Source of the DNA: the human T2T-CHM13v2.0 reference genome, Homo sapiens
Direction: 5' to 3' (one strand)
NCBI RefSeq assembly: GCF_009914755.1
Contig: NC_060925.1
Length of the DNA stretch: 64,000 bases
Under the pieces are notes generated by a model. It saw nothing but the letters and a program-made list of their open reading frames with translations. It was not told the DNA's origin and ran no database searches. The position numbers were made by a program, and so were the translations under genes. Positions 1-12,995 of the stretch are shown here, piece after piece. Every line of letters begins with the position of its first letter. Position 1 is the stretch's first letter.

Positions 1-1385
1 CAGGAATTATTTTAGAGTGAAAGTAATTGTAATTAAGACAATTTACTGCCAATGCAGGAAAAACCAAAAGAACAATGGAAAAGAATTGAGAGTATCCAAA
101 CAGATCCATGCATATAAAGCAGAAATAGCCATTACAAATCGATGGGGGGAAATATAGCAGGGTCACTTGTTCACATGGGAAAAAGACATTAGAAGCCCAT
201 TTCCCATTATACATAACAATATATATCAGTTTGATTAAGGTCCTAAACAAGTAAAAGCAAAATTTAAAAACTTTTAGAAGAAAATATAGAAGAAAATCTT
301 TATAATCTCTGCATAGAGAACTGTTTTAAAAAGACATAAAAAGCAGAAGTCATAAAGAAAAAGACTGATAAATCTGACTATTTTAAAATCAAAACTTTTG
401 CAAGACAAAAAGACACCACAAATAAAATTTTAAAATAAGCCACAGACTGGGAGAAAATATTTGCAATGCATATAGCTAGCAAAGAATTAGTATCTAGAGT
501 ATATAATGAACACAAAAAGCTATAAGAAAAATGATTCAATAGAACAACAAAGGACACAAACAGGCAAATCATCAATGGTCAATAAACATACAAAAAGATG
601 CTGAATAACACTAGAAAACAGATGTAATACAAAAATGACACTTAATACCCATCAAGCTGGCAAAAGTTAATGTGTGACTGTGAGGTGAGGATGTGGGGAA
701 ATGGGGAACTCACACACACTGCTGGGGGAGTGAAAATTGGTCCAACCACTGTGGAAAACAATTTGGCAAGATCCAGTTAAACTTGAAAATGCATATAACA
801 TACAACTCAGTAATTCCACTAAGTATACATGCCAAACAAACTCTGTACATTTGCAAAAACAGATATTAGGATATTAATTTCAGCACTGATAATAATGAAA
901 AATTGGAAACAACCTAAATATCCAACTGCAGGAGAATGGATAAGTAGTTGTGGTATATGCCACAGTTATAATGAATGAACTAAATGAACACATATCTGTA
1001 GGAATAAACCTGAAAAGCAGACTTCTGAATGAAAAAAATTACAGAAGGATACAGGTAATATTTATGTAAATTATAAACACATAATAAGCACTACTATGTA
1101 TCATTTGTGGATACAAATGAAATGAACATCTAAAACCAAGAAAGGGAAGATGCACATCAGCTTCAGGATATTTAGATATGTCTGGGAAAGAAGAGTGGGG
1201 AACGGTATACACGAGGATGTTTCAACTGTTTCTGAAATATTTTTGAATAAAAACCTGAAAAACAAGCAAAATTTTCGTATCTGTTTAATCTGTGGGTGAT
1301 ATTTACATGGGTGTTTATATTCTCTGAATGCTTGAAATATTTTATCATTAAAACAAAAATGTATAATCTCAAAATATTAAAACAA
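1..1385 (+). mobile_element. Old L1M (LINE-1) ORF2 end and 3' UTR fragment
   Basis: L1-like motifs: agccacagactgggagaaaatatttgcaa, aaccactgtggaaaacaatttggca, aattggaaacaacctaaatatcca. A-rich strand. Confidence 0.8.
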
Positions 1386-2245
1386 TTATAACTAAAAACA
1401 CAAGAGGGTCTCATTAACTTAAACAATTTGGGGGAGTCTGTCACAGAGTTGGAAAAATCAAGTCAGAACCTGACTACAACCTCACACTTCACTTCAGACA
1501 ACTCTTCAGATTGGACTATCTGCTTCTATTGGAATGCTAGACACAGCTCTGGAGATTTAAGAAAAGGAAAGCAAAGGAGCTTTGTCTGAATCCTGATGCT
1601 GAATGAAGAACCAGAGCTGATCTTAAGGTAGGATGGTATGGACTGAGGTACAGCATTCTTTTGACTTGTGGAAGAAATGATCTCTGTTAAGAAAATTGGC
1701 CTATTGGCTATTTAAAACCATTGATTGACATGAAGTGTAAACACAACACAGTTTTTTTTGCACTATTAAATGTCAGGATTTAGTTGACTGTTACCAATTT
1801 AGCAGTTAGAATGAACTATTCAGTTGCCAGAAGTGGCTATTTTATTTTTCAGCTCTATTTATGATGTAACAGGTTAGTTATATCATGACCTATTACATTT
1901 ATTAGAAGAATTAAAATATGAGAATGGCACCTGCACTGCCATTTGCCTAGAGTTTCTAATAATTCAAAAATTTACATAATTAATCTTCTGTTCTACATGG
2001 TTCTCTAATTAAAATAAAGACTATCTTTCTAGTTAGTTTTGTCTATTTCAGATTGACTATTTGAGGACAATGTGCTCTTTAGTTTTTTACTTCTACCTAC
2101 ATTATCAGTTAAATGTAATGATCTCCAATAGACTGTAACTTATTACATATTTGGTTAAGAGGAGAGAGACAGACTTGTTTTATTCAATTCCCTCTTTTCT
2201 GACACAAGTGAAAAGTTGGGGAGCAGGGATGCTCCAATAAGGCAC

Positions 2246-2350
2246 CTTAACTGGCTCAGCTTCACTAGATGTGGAAGGAGATGTGGACCGTGACTGGATG
2301 TGAAACTTGACGCTCGGGTTCCATACATATGTGTTCTCAACGGGATCAGT
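2246..2350 (-). CDS. CDC42BPA: CDC42BPA cassette exon (105 nt, phase 0-0): TDPVENTYVWNPSVKFHIQSRSTSPSTSSEAEPVK
   Basis: Acceptor tttttcccgacttattttcctAG|ACT, weak donor AAG|GTgcct. 35 stop-free codons with local CpG retention. Confidence 0.9.
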
Positions 2351-4094
2351 CTAGGAAAATAAGTCGGGAAAAATAAAAACCCAAAAAATCACTTTTCAAC
2401 AATGTGCAGGCTTAGCAAATTTCTGTAAGGCATGATTATGACAACATTTCTTGAGAAAGGAGGATAACAAACTTTAGTTTGAATATTCACGTTAGGGATA
2501 CATCATTATACAAAAGCATAACCACTACCTTTAATGTAAACAAGGATTGACAGAATAGTTAACCAAAGGCTCCTCCCTGATCTTCACTGTTGATCTGTTA
2601 CTTTGAGCCCTGGTCCTACTGCACATTCTATGTTGGTATTCCACATGGAACTTTTTATTTCACAAAAGGAATCATACATGTGAAATAAATGCCGGGTACT
2701 TAATAGAGATACATACGGCAGATTAAAGATAACTTTGTCCTTGATAAGAATGAAGTTTGGTCTTTTACTACTCATTAACTGAAAGTAAAAAAAACCTAAC
2801 CTATCAGTTTTGTGCAGGACACTAAAGTAAGTCTTCCCTTTATTTTGCATCAGTAGAAAAACCAGCACTTATATTCAGTCGCATCCTTTTACACCAAGTA
2901 TTTTTAGAAATTAAAAATGCTTTGGGTTAAAATTTAGCATAAAAGATCTTATGAACCATACTGATTGAACCATACTAGTCTGTATGGCAAGTTTCAGAGT
3001 TACTAGGATTGAGTTTTTAAAATGAAAGGACAATGAAGGTAATTTGGAAAAGTGGTTCAGGAACTTACTTTGAATATGTTGTACAGCAAAACAATGTTTA
3101 GATCAGAAATCACAAATCATAAAAACACCATCAGTTTAAGAATTTAAACATGAACTTATAATTATTTTCCTTTGTTCTTACTATGGCTATATTTTAGAGG
3201 GAAGACATGATGATAACGTATCCCTTAGAAATGCCACTGCTGAAAGAGTCAGGTGCAGTTGAGACTGCTGGCAAAGTAGAACTATTAAAACAATGAATTA
3301 AAATACAATGCCCTTGTACTCAAAACTAAGTGAAAAGCAAAATTTCACTTTGAATGAATGATAAATAATTGAGAGTAGAAACACTTGGAAAAGAAGGTTC
3401 CCCTAGAAATTAACTTCATAGATTTGTTTTTAGCTCAACAGAACTCTGGGCATGTGGCTTCAATCTCTAAGGGCACAAATTGTTTTCTCAAGTTGGGGAT
3501 ATTTTCCTATTGATAATTAATGTAGAATACTATCAGCAATGTATGATATGTTGCATATGTTAAAAACAGTCAACTTCTGTTCAATGTGGAGAATTTAAAA
3601 CATCTGGCAAGTGTATGGGAAGAATAGGCTAGCAGGCTGGGAAACACTATCGTGCCCTCCATTGGTGCCCACCTACGGCCTTCCTGGGTGGTGGGCATGG
3701 AAAGGTATTCTGGTAACCACAAAGCCACCACCAGGCCATAAACTTTCAGCTACTGGATTTGGGAGGAGTAGGGAGAAGAAGGGTGAAGGCATTAGGGGTC
3801 TTGGAGCAGCAACCACTTACCAACTGCTAGGATACTCAATATTTAAAAAACTGGGCCACTGAACTAAAGCTTACCAGCTGAATATCAGCTCTGTACATGT
3901 GATGTGGCTGATTTCATGAAACTAGTATGCCTTGTGAAGTTGGAGAGCCAGGCCTGTATCCCAACTCAAGTCCAAATTCAGCACTATTTTTGTCCTACCA
4001 GAGGCATCTCCACAGCAGAGTAATTTACTCAAAGTAATTTAATAATCAAGGAGGCTAAGTTATATTATTTCCTTTCCTGATAGTAAATTTTGAC

Positions 4095-4160
4095 CAGGAA
4101 AAGAAAAAGTAGAAGAAAATGGGACTCAAGACACATTTTGGCCCAGTTTACAATTTTATT
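4095..4160 (-). terminator. Candidate intronic poly(A) site
   Basis: Transcript strand: AATAAA (4160-4155), 14 nt, CA, aaa, TGTGTCTT, then U-rich ATTTTCTTCTACTTTTTCTTTTCC. Confidence 0.4.
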
Positions 4161-6737
4161 CAGGGACAGCCATGGAGAAAGTAATCAGTTTAGATTATAA
4201 ATATGAAATATGACTCTGAGTTGGGAATATGGCAGAAATGTCTTTTAGTTTCTAAAAATCTCCTCCTCCTAGTTTTCATAAGATTATACACATTGCAAGA
4301 ATTAGGTGTCCATGGAGAGGGGCTTTAGTTAAAATGGAACTGAGAAGCAAAGCAGAATTGATACATTTTATACCAGTAAGAACTTAAAACTGACTGAAAT
4401 GTCATCTCAAGAAGTTTTAAGGTATCTAAGTAGGGGACTTTCTATGTGTAAGAAACTGAGCCATCTTAAGAAAATTGTAAAGTTTCTGACCTGTTGCAAA
4501 AGGCTTTATTTAGCCCCACAGCTTGACAGAAAGACACAAAATGCGAAGTTCCTGTGTGAAAGGTAATGCTGTGTATATGTGAATAGCTGATATAACGGCT
4601 TTGTATTATCTGGGTTTGATTATTTCAAAAACTCTTTAAAAATGGGAAAGGCCAAGTATTTGCTGTTTGCAATAGCACTGGTTGAAATTTTACAGCAGGT
4701 CTGCTCTTTGAGCTGTTTAAACACATGCTGACAGAAGTTGGGCATACTGTCTTCTACTTTCTCGCATTAAAATTAGAAAATACTGCCTTAAGCCATTTTG
4801 TCAGTATATGGACTAATGGAAGGTTATATCATGAAATCAGTGAACCTAAAAAGCAGGGCTTTCTCTAGTCCCAGAGCTGGTTGTTAAAACATTTACCAGC
4901 ATGTTTGCTGATCCTATGAAAATGTGGTATTATGACAGTGGGATATTGGAGAAAGGAAAAATACACTATCAATTTAATTTGCAACTACACAAATTAGTAA
5001 CTCTTTTCTTGAGGCTTTTAACACACACCTCTTGGCTCCTCTGTCAAGTCTTATTCTCCTAACTAGTTTTTCTCCAACAATAAAAATGAAAGAGAATATG
5101 GATATGGACAAATTTAAAAGTGATTTTCTTTGCTGAATGAGGTAAAAGGTGGTTATTCAGAAATAGAAAATATTTAATTTAAATGAAAATATTTAATTGT
5201 AATAAAGTAGAATAATGAAATTTACCATACTAGCTTTTTAGAACTATATACTCTTAAATAAAAATCAATTTCAGAGTTTAAACAAAATCAAGTAATTTTT
5301 CCTATAAAAAATATTAAAAATAAGTGAAAATACTGAAATATTTTGAGATGGTATTAGGCATATTAAAAAGTTGAACTATGCCATTTATAGTGATAGTCAT
5401 ATCTTTAATTTTAAAAACCTATGAATATAATAATTAAAATTTAAAAATTACCACTTTACTTTCAAAGTGTGTTTCTTTTAAAGACAAAGGACAAAGCTTG
5501 GTAAAGGTGAATAAACTCAGGGCAAAAACCATTTCAAATATAAAAAAAAATGTCCAGGCCTTTTAAATGAAACTAATGCTAATAACATTAATAGATTTAA
5601 GTATTTCATTTCTCGGTTACCGCCAGTGTAAACAATATCTCAAAAGTGTTACACCACAAATCACTTATTTTCTTTATTCAAGTTTTAATTATCGCCAACC
5701 AGACTGGAATTTTCAGGAAGTTACTAATTTTAACCACAATTAAATGCCTACCAATGCATTTATAATTAATGGCTTATTCTATCCACTAAAAAGCAATTAA
5801 TTCTATTAAACTTTCAGAATATTCAATGAATACATGCTGGCATTTAAAGACAGCCTATGATTCAGTTTAATTATGAATTGGCAATGACTCTGATATAGTA
5901 TAGCAGCAAAGCAACTGATTAATACCATTAGTTATTTTATTACAAAGTATTTTAAAACCTTAAAAACAAACATAATCATTATTAATATTTTAGCCATGGA
6001 AGTTAAAATATTCTTTTTGTCATTTTTTATGTGCTAAAATACTATAGCATTAAGTATAATAATGCAGCAAAAGCTAATAAACATACATAAGTAGCAGAGA
6101 TATTATAAATTCAATATAAGAAATATCTTTAAGTAAATGCAATTTTTTTTTGTTAGCTAATTTTCTTTTCCTAAGTAAACATACTTTAAGGTGTTACTCT
6201 GACGAACAGTCATTAGAAACATCTACTATATTTCAGTATCATTTTACTTAATGCTCTGTTAAAAAAAAAAAGAGGAAAAGCTGAATATTAGTGGTACTGT
6301 CCATACTGCAAAACATTTTAATGCAAAATGTTCATAATGGTCCCTGAAGCTGTTAGGATTTTTCTACTAAAAGATCCTCAAATGTATTTTTACAGTAGTA
6401 CATTTAAAAAGGTCCCCCCGCCGCCCAGGATCACAGAACTGGTTTTTAGATGACCCACTTATCAAGAATTCCTCAAATTATGGACAGCATGGTTTTCCTA
6501 TAAATAATAAAAATAACTAAAACCACTCATCTTGAATATGTATCAACAGGCCTTTTCTACTGCCTAAATAATTACAGATTTGCACAAGTAACAACCCCTC
6601 TCATAAGAAACCTTGCTTCAAAGTAAAAAACACCAAGATGTGATATGGATTATATATGGTCAACCTACTAAAAACTAGCTTGCATCTAACAAGTTGTTTG
6701 TTATTGGTAAACATAAACTGTAAGTTAAAAAGTCCCA

Positions 6738-7080
<343 letters not shown>

Positions 7081-9518
7081 TTATCCTCTAGCTAGAAGTA
7101 TTTTGAAAACAAAGTAGAAGGTAATTTAATATTTTGTATTGAGAACAAGTATAAACTCAAATCTTTTAGTGATATATTTATTTCTGTTAATTGAACTTAT
7201 GATACAAAAACAGTATTACAGAAGTACTATATCATTTGGAAAACAGTAAATACATTTTATTGCGCTAGAACAAATCCTAACAAATGACTAAAGGTTGTGA
7301 CCAGTAAGGGTAAGCTTACTAGTTATACATAATGCACCTTGTTTCCCTTTAAGAAAATTTATTCTCAAGTTATTTTCAATATACTGATTGGAATATCTAG
7401 TCTGGAGAATTTACACATATTCTAAGAAAACATAAGAGAAAGTTAAGCCATACGTGGGCTATAAAATCTCTGCTCCAAACTCTAAATGAACAATCTGAAA
7501 TAATACATTCAGTGTTTCTCACTATTAATGAAAGCACTGTGGAAATCTCTCTCATCATTTGTATTTGGACATTAACAATACTATCAATAAAAACTTTTTC
7601 TTCTACTATACTTAATACTATTTATAAAGAAAATCATTCAAACTGTAAATGAGGTTTAATAGCATACTAGAAACAAGAATGCAAGAAACATTATTTTGTA
7701 ATACTACCTCATTCATATGACATTTCATAGTTAATTTTAAATTTATTAAAATACTGCATATTTTCTTGTCTAAAAACATGGTATATAACATAAAATCTTA
7801 TGCTACTGTTACAACAGAGGCCATTGTTAAGAATGGTAACTGCATGTGTCCTACTGAAATACACTGATGTCCCAGGGAACACTGAGGTTCTACACTATAC
7901 CACTGAGATGCTTCTATTTAACAGCTGAGTAATTTGTAATTCTTCAAGCATCTTCACAGGCACTATTACTTTTCAGTGGCTGACTTTTTTTGTGAGATAC
8001 TTAACCAAAGAAAAATTGAAGGAGGCCAGGAAAGCAGATAACCAAGCCTATTATATCTACGTTTAAAATAATCATATGTAATAATAAGTCAATAGATTAT
8101 GGTTAATTATAGTTTATTCATATCTCATAGAATAAAGACATAGAATTAAGGAGAGACCTTATAACAGCTATTTCCCTCCAAAATTTTTTTCTTATTTCAA
8201 GATTCACAAAAAATGTTCTAGGTGTCCAAGGCCCCAGAAAGTCTGCAAGGCAAGTGAGACATAATTAATCCATAATAAAATGAGAGAAACAAATCCTAAA
8301 TTATAACCTTATTGAAAAAACAGCAAGTAGTTAAAAATTTAGTCAATTCACGGGCTGGTGATTTGACCCTAATATAACTGGGCACACAACATATTGGTTT
8401 TCCCTTCTAGAGGTTATGTAATGTAATCAACATATATTCAGATTCATTTGATAAATCCAAATATCTAATGGTTTTAAGTCTCTACAAGTTTCAAAATAAT
8501 CAAGCAATCAGTTGAACTAGTAATCTTTCATAAACACAATAATTAATGAGATATCACTTGAATGCAGTTCTACTGGCCATAGTACAGGTATCTGAAATGC
8601 TTATTCATTATTAAGCTGTAATCCGAAAATATTATATATGCTATATTAGAGTTATTCATGTTTATTTTACAACCAACCCTCCAACATACCAGAAAGACAG
8701 GACCACAGGAAGCAGCAGGCCACCCCTACTGCTTCCCATGCCTACCACAAACCACAGAATTCCCTCATCTAGAACTTTCCGAGTCTAAGAATTCGGAATG
8801 TAAAGTGTTGATCAGTCTCCACGGAGATGACTGGTGAACATTACGAATTTGTATCCATCACTGACTTTCCTTTTGAATGTTACTATTTTACATAGTATAT
8901 GAAAATCCCAACACTGTCAGCTACCCTGTCGCTTTTCAAATAGGGAGTATGTATGTGTGTTTATGACTAGTGTTGGGATGTGGCTGGTTTAGAAAAATTC
9001 CATCTCTGGGCATGTCAGAATCTTGTAGCACAGAGGTAGTGGCTGACTCATTTCAAGTTGAGAAACACAGAGCTAGGATTAGTATAGGAAGATATTTACA
9101 GTTTGTTAATAATACATATATAAATAATGTTACTGATATTTTTTAAATCTTGGAATTATCTTAGAATAGAAAGGCTTTATTATTAACATTATTTCCTCAG
9201 ATCTAGATAATTAGTTTGGGAGATTCCTCTGAACTACATTAAAAAAAAAAAAACAAGATTTCTCTAGAACTGATTTACATAAATTATAGTCAATAAGATG
9301 TATAATTTGTTCCAAATCATTTTTGAATGTTGTACAACATGAATGATCAAGTTTTCTTTCTACATAATTAAAATCTCTAAGAAACAATCTACATACTTGC
9401 TTACAAAAGATTCTTAGGAGCTCATGTACTTTGACTACTTAGAAGGCATACTTTAGGATCACTTTTCCCCTTGATCAAACTAAAAAAGATATCATTTTAG
9501 TAGTTTGGTTATAGTGAT

Positions 9519-9737
9519 TTATATGAACATTCCTAAAGCTTTGCGGCCAAAGCCAAAAAAAAAACATAAACAAAAACATAAAAGCAGCACAGCAACAGCA
9601 GGAGCAGCAGCACAAAGCATGCAATAGATGTAATAATATACCACAAAAACATTAACAGGTTCCGCAATCACAGGCAAAAGGATGAGAGAGGGGTAAAAGG
9701 CCTCAGGATGGGTACATAAAGTGCAAAAGTCTCTTAC
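9519..9737 (-). CDS. CDC42BPA: Putative alternative terminal extension of the 39-nt exon (72 codons + TAA) encoding a hydrophobic C-terminal tail
   Basis: Frame stays open through the donor to TAA at 9519-9521 (ORF track 9519..9782). Actual use in vivo is inferred, not shown. Confidence 0.4.
   Translation of the reverse strand, partial: VRDFCTLCTHPEAFYPSLILLPVIAEPVNVFVVYYYIYCMLCAAAPAVAVLLLCFCLCFFFGFGRKALGMFI
9583..9623 (-). promoter_or_regulatory. Splicing-regulatory cluster: 8 UGCU (MBNL YGCY) motifs plus UGCAUG (RBFOX)
   Basis: Transcript strand reads UGCAUGCUUUGUGCUGCUGCUCCUGCUGUUGCUGUGCUGCU, 115-155 nt downstream of the 39-nt exon. Confidence 0.6.
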
Positions 9738-9776
9738 ACGTCTGCCTTTGCTAGCTGGAGTACAGGATGGAGAGCG
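9738..9776 (-). CDS. CDC42BPA: CDC42BPA cassette microexon (39 nt, phase 0-0): RSPSCTPASKGRR
   Basis: Acceptor ttctcctttctctgttgaAG|CGC, donor CGT|GTaaga. The peptide follows DQFE in MRCK-alpha isoforms as I recall them. Confidence 0.92.
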
Positions 9777-10385
9777 CTTCAACAGAGAAAGGAGAATAGG
9801 ACATGTTACAAATATTTACACACATAAGACTCTCAAGGACTACTATTGTATTAACAGACAAAGTATATAAACATACATATAAAGCCACAGTTTTGGATAG
9901 GTTGAATGTACATGTATTTTTAGGAAAAACTGGAGGATAGGATGGTAAAGAAACAGTTGTTTGGACTACGTCTAAGGTTGACAAACTTTTCACTGGCCCA
10001 TGTACAGTGACCCACAAAATAAGCCTTCATCAAGTGATAGACAATTTCTTTTCTGGAAAGGTTGGCAGTAGCAGACTGGAACAAATGAGAACAAAAAGGA
10101 TCTAGATATTTCTGATTTAGTGCTGGCAAACATTCAATAAAATAATGAACTAGCCTGGCGTTAGACATTTACCTAGTAAATTTTTACTCTTTTCAAAAAT
10201 GATTCTTTTAAATGACAAGGGCTAAGTTAGGATTTCAGAATTAATGATAATAAATTAAAATTAAAAGTTATTTGAACAATACTCCATCCTGACTCAACTT
10301 CAGCCATAGTCAAAAGAGGGACTTTCACCTTTCTAACATTAAAGAATTAAGTAATTAGGAAAAAAGGAACAATTATCTCAAAAAG

Positions 10386-10657
10386 TTTTTTTTTGTTTTT
10401 TTTTTTTTTTTTTGAGACGGGAGTCTCGCTCTGTCGCCCAGGCTGGAGTGCAGTGGCGCAATCTTGGCTCACTGCAAGCTCCACCTCCTGGGTTCATGCC
10501 ATTCTCCTACCTCAGCCTCCTGAGTAGCTGGGATTACAGGTGCCCACCACCACGCCCGGCTAATTTTTTGTATTTTTAATAGAGACGGGGTTTCACCATG
10601 TTAGCCAGGATGGTCTCGATCTCCTGACCTCGTGATCCACCCACCTTGGCCTCCCAA
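10386..10657 (-). mobile_element. Alu (AluY-like, 5'-truncated by about 35 nt)
   Basis: Diagnostic gcaagctcc, ttagccaggatggtctcgatctcctgacctcgtgatcc. Stops at ctcccaa. Confidence 0.93.
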
Positions 10658-11082
10658 TCAAAATATTTTTGTGATGCTCCAGCAGTAGAGCTTCACTAAT
10701 ATGAACCATATCTACTTCGGCAATTTCTAACATTCAGTGCAACCTAACATTTGTTGTGAGCTCACAATACGTTGGATACTAAGCCGACTTTGCAAGGGAT
10801 TGAAAGATAAACAAGACATGGAAGTTCACAGACTGGTAGAGAAGACATCATGCCAGCAACAATGTGACAAATGCTATCACTGAGATATGTACAAGGTTTG
10901 TATGGGAACCTAGAGGAGGGACAGAGAAGATTTTCTTGGGGACCTAGAGGAGGGAACTTATAGACTAGGTCTACAGGAGTTATAGAAGATTTAAGAAAAA
11001 AGGAAAAGTTCAAGAATGAGAAACACTACCAAAAATTCAGTATTAGTGTTACAATAACTCTGGCAGGTAAGTAAATAGGTAC

Positions 11083-11385
<303 letters not shown>

Positions 11386-11669
11386 AGAAATATTCTTTCT
11401 TTCCATAGGAAATGGAATGGAAGATAACTTGAACACTGTGTCCTGCAGAGTTAATAGTAAACCAGGATTAGAAGGCCCGGAGAGTTCTAAAGAAGTTTTT
11501 CCATTATGGAGGCTAAAGTCTCAGGTTCAAACCTAGTTACTTTTCCTCAGTTATTAATGGGAAGAACCTCTCTCATTCCTTCTTGCCCCCAAAACCAAAC
11601 AACCAAACAATAAACAAATCAACTCCAACTCTTCCTCTAGCTATCATCTATCTCCCTTCTTCCTTAATA

Positions 11670-11870
11670 ATCATAATAACATTTATTATGTGCAGAGTAT
11701 ATGCAGATCGTTTTCCAAAGTGCTTTACATATATGAATTATTTTAATTCTCACAGAAACCCTATAAGGTAGGAATTATGATCCTCATTTTAAAGATGTAG
11801 AAGATGGATCAACTTGCCTAAGGTTATAAAACTATTAAGTGGTAGAGCCAGGATTCAAAACTTCCTCAGC
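11670..11870 (-). mobile_element. MIR
   Basis: MIR core: cctcattttaaagatg...aacttgcctaaggtt...agccaggattcaaa. Confidence 0.7.
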
Positions 11871-12039
11871 CAGATTTCTGAAAAATGGTATACAAATGCC
11901 GTCTGTATTTTCTAAACTCCCAATTAACTTCTAATACAGTGCAATTCAGATTCTGCTTTGATCTGATACTCAGGTCAGTATTTCTGGTTTGTCCTATCTG
12001 ACCAACCACCTCTGCCATACCATCACACTGACCATTCCC

Positions 12040-12995
12040 CTCCTTAAAATTATCTGCTCTTCTAGTTTTTCTGACAGGTACTTTCCTAAGTAACCACATA
12101 CTTCTCAACGATTGCTTTCTTAGCTTTTGTGGAGTCCTATTCCTTCACCCTTTCTTCAATGGAGATTCCAGGTTTCTGTCCTTGGCTCACTGCTACAATC
12201 TGCCCCTTGGGGAATCTCATCCACTTTCAACTCTGATTATTTCCAAATCTCTGTTGCCAGTCCACTCCTCTTCCTTAAACTCCTGACGCATATATTAAAT
12301 ATCTGACTGTCTGCTGGACATCTCCAACTGGATGTCCCTTAGGAATCTCAAACTTAACTTGTCCAAAATGAAGCTGTCACCTTTCTCTTCTGTTAAATCT
12401 TTTAATAATTATTACATATGGGACTGATTAAACCTAAGCTCTGTAATATGAAGTATAAAGTTGAGAAACATAGACCCTTATTCTGGCCTTTGCCCATGTC
12501 TTCATACTCATTTCTCAATCCCTTCCTCACCCTTTTTGTTTGCCAAGCAAGGGACAATTCTAACTAAATTGAAATCTCCCTCTGTCCACAATCCCGTAAC
12601 TCCCTGCTCCCTCCCCCCGCAAGTTCGCTCTGCCTGTCTAGAATATACTCCTCTTATGTAGTTGTTTTATGATTTTGCTGAACATACTCATCTGTGAAGA
12701 CCCAGCTCAGGCATTATTTCCTTTAATAAGCTTTTCTGGATCCTCCTGGTTCAATCAGAAATCTCTCTTCTTTGTATTCCCATGATATACGATCTTTATC
12801 TTTTATTACTATATTTCCCACATGGTGTTATAGTTATCTGGTTATATATTTGTCTTTCCAATTAGACTGTCAGGGCAGGAAATATTGTATTATGCTTAAG
12901 GGCAGGAAATATTACGCTTAAGGGCAGGAAGTATTGTATTTTGCTTAGCATAAGACTTCAAACTTAAATATTCTCAATAAATATTGAATGAATCC
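12040..12995 (+). mobile_element. L2 fragments
   Basis: ctgctggacatctccaactggatgtcc...ctcaaacttaac and L2 terminus ctcaataaatattgaatgaat. Confidence 0.65.
12872..12947. repeat. Three-copy tandem repeat (22-27 bp unit agggcaggaaatattgtattatgctta)
   Basis: Units start at 12872, 12899 and 12921. Confidence 0.9.

Noticed and set aside
3590-3960. GC-richer patch with ORF 3611..3862
   Set aside because: No recognisable protein similarity or splice sites. Possibly an ancient transposon remnant that I cannot assign.
7852-7910. Cluster of CAGTG motifs on the transcript strand, suggesting an iron-responsive element
   Set aside because: None has both a perfect 5-bp upper stem and the bulged C. The IRE reported for this gene is in the terminal 3' UTR, outside this window.
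8772-8833. Two small adjacent hairpins (ttccga/tcggaa and tctc/gaga)
   Set aside because: The stems are short and within chance expectation, and no RNA family is recognisable.
12872-12947. Short direct-repeat arrays (also 26341-26400) considered as CRISPR-like
   Set aside because: No unique spacers and a eukaryotic intron context; these are simple slippage duplications.
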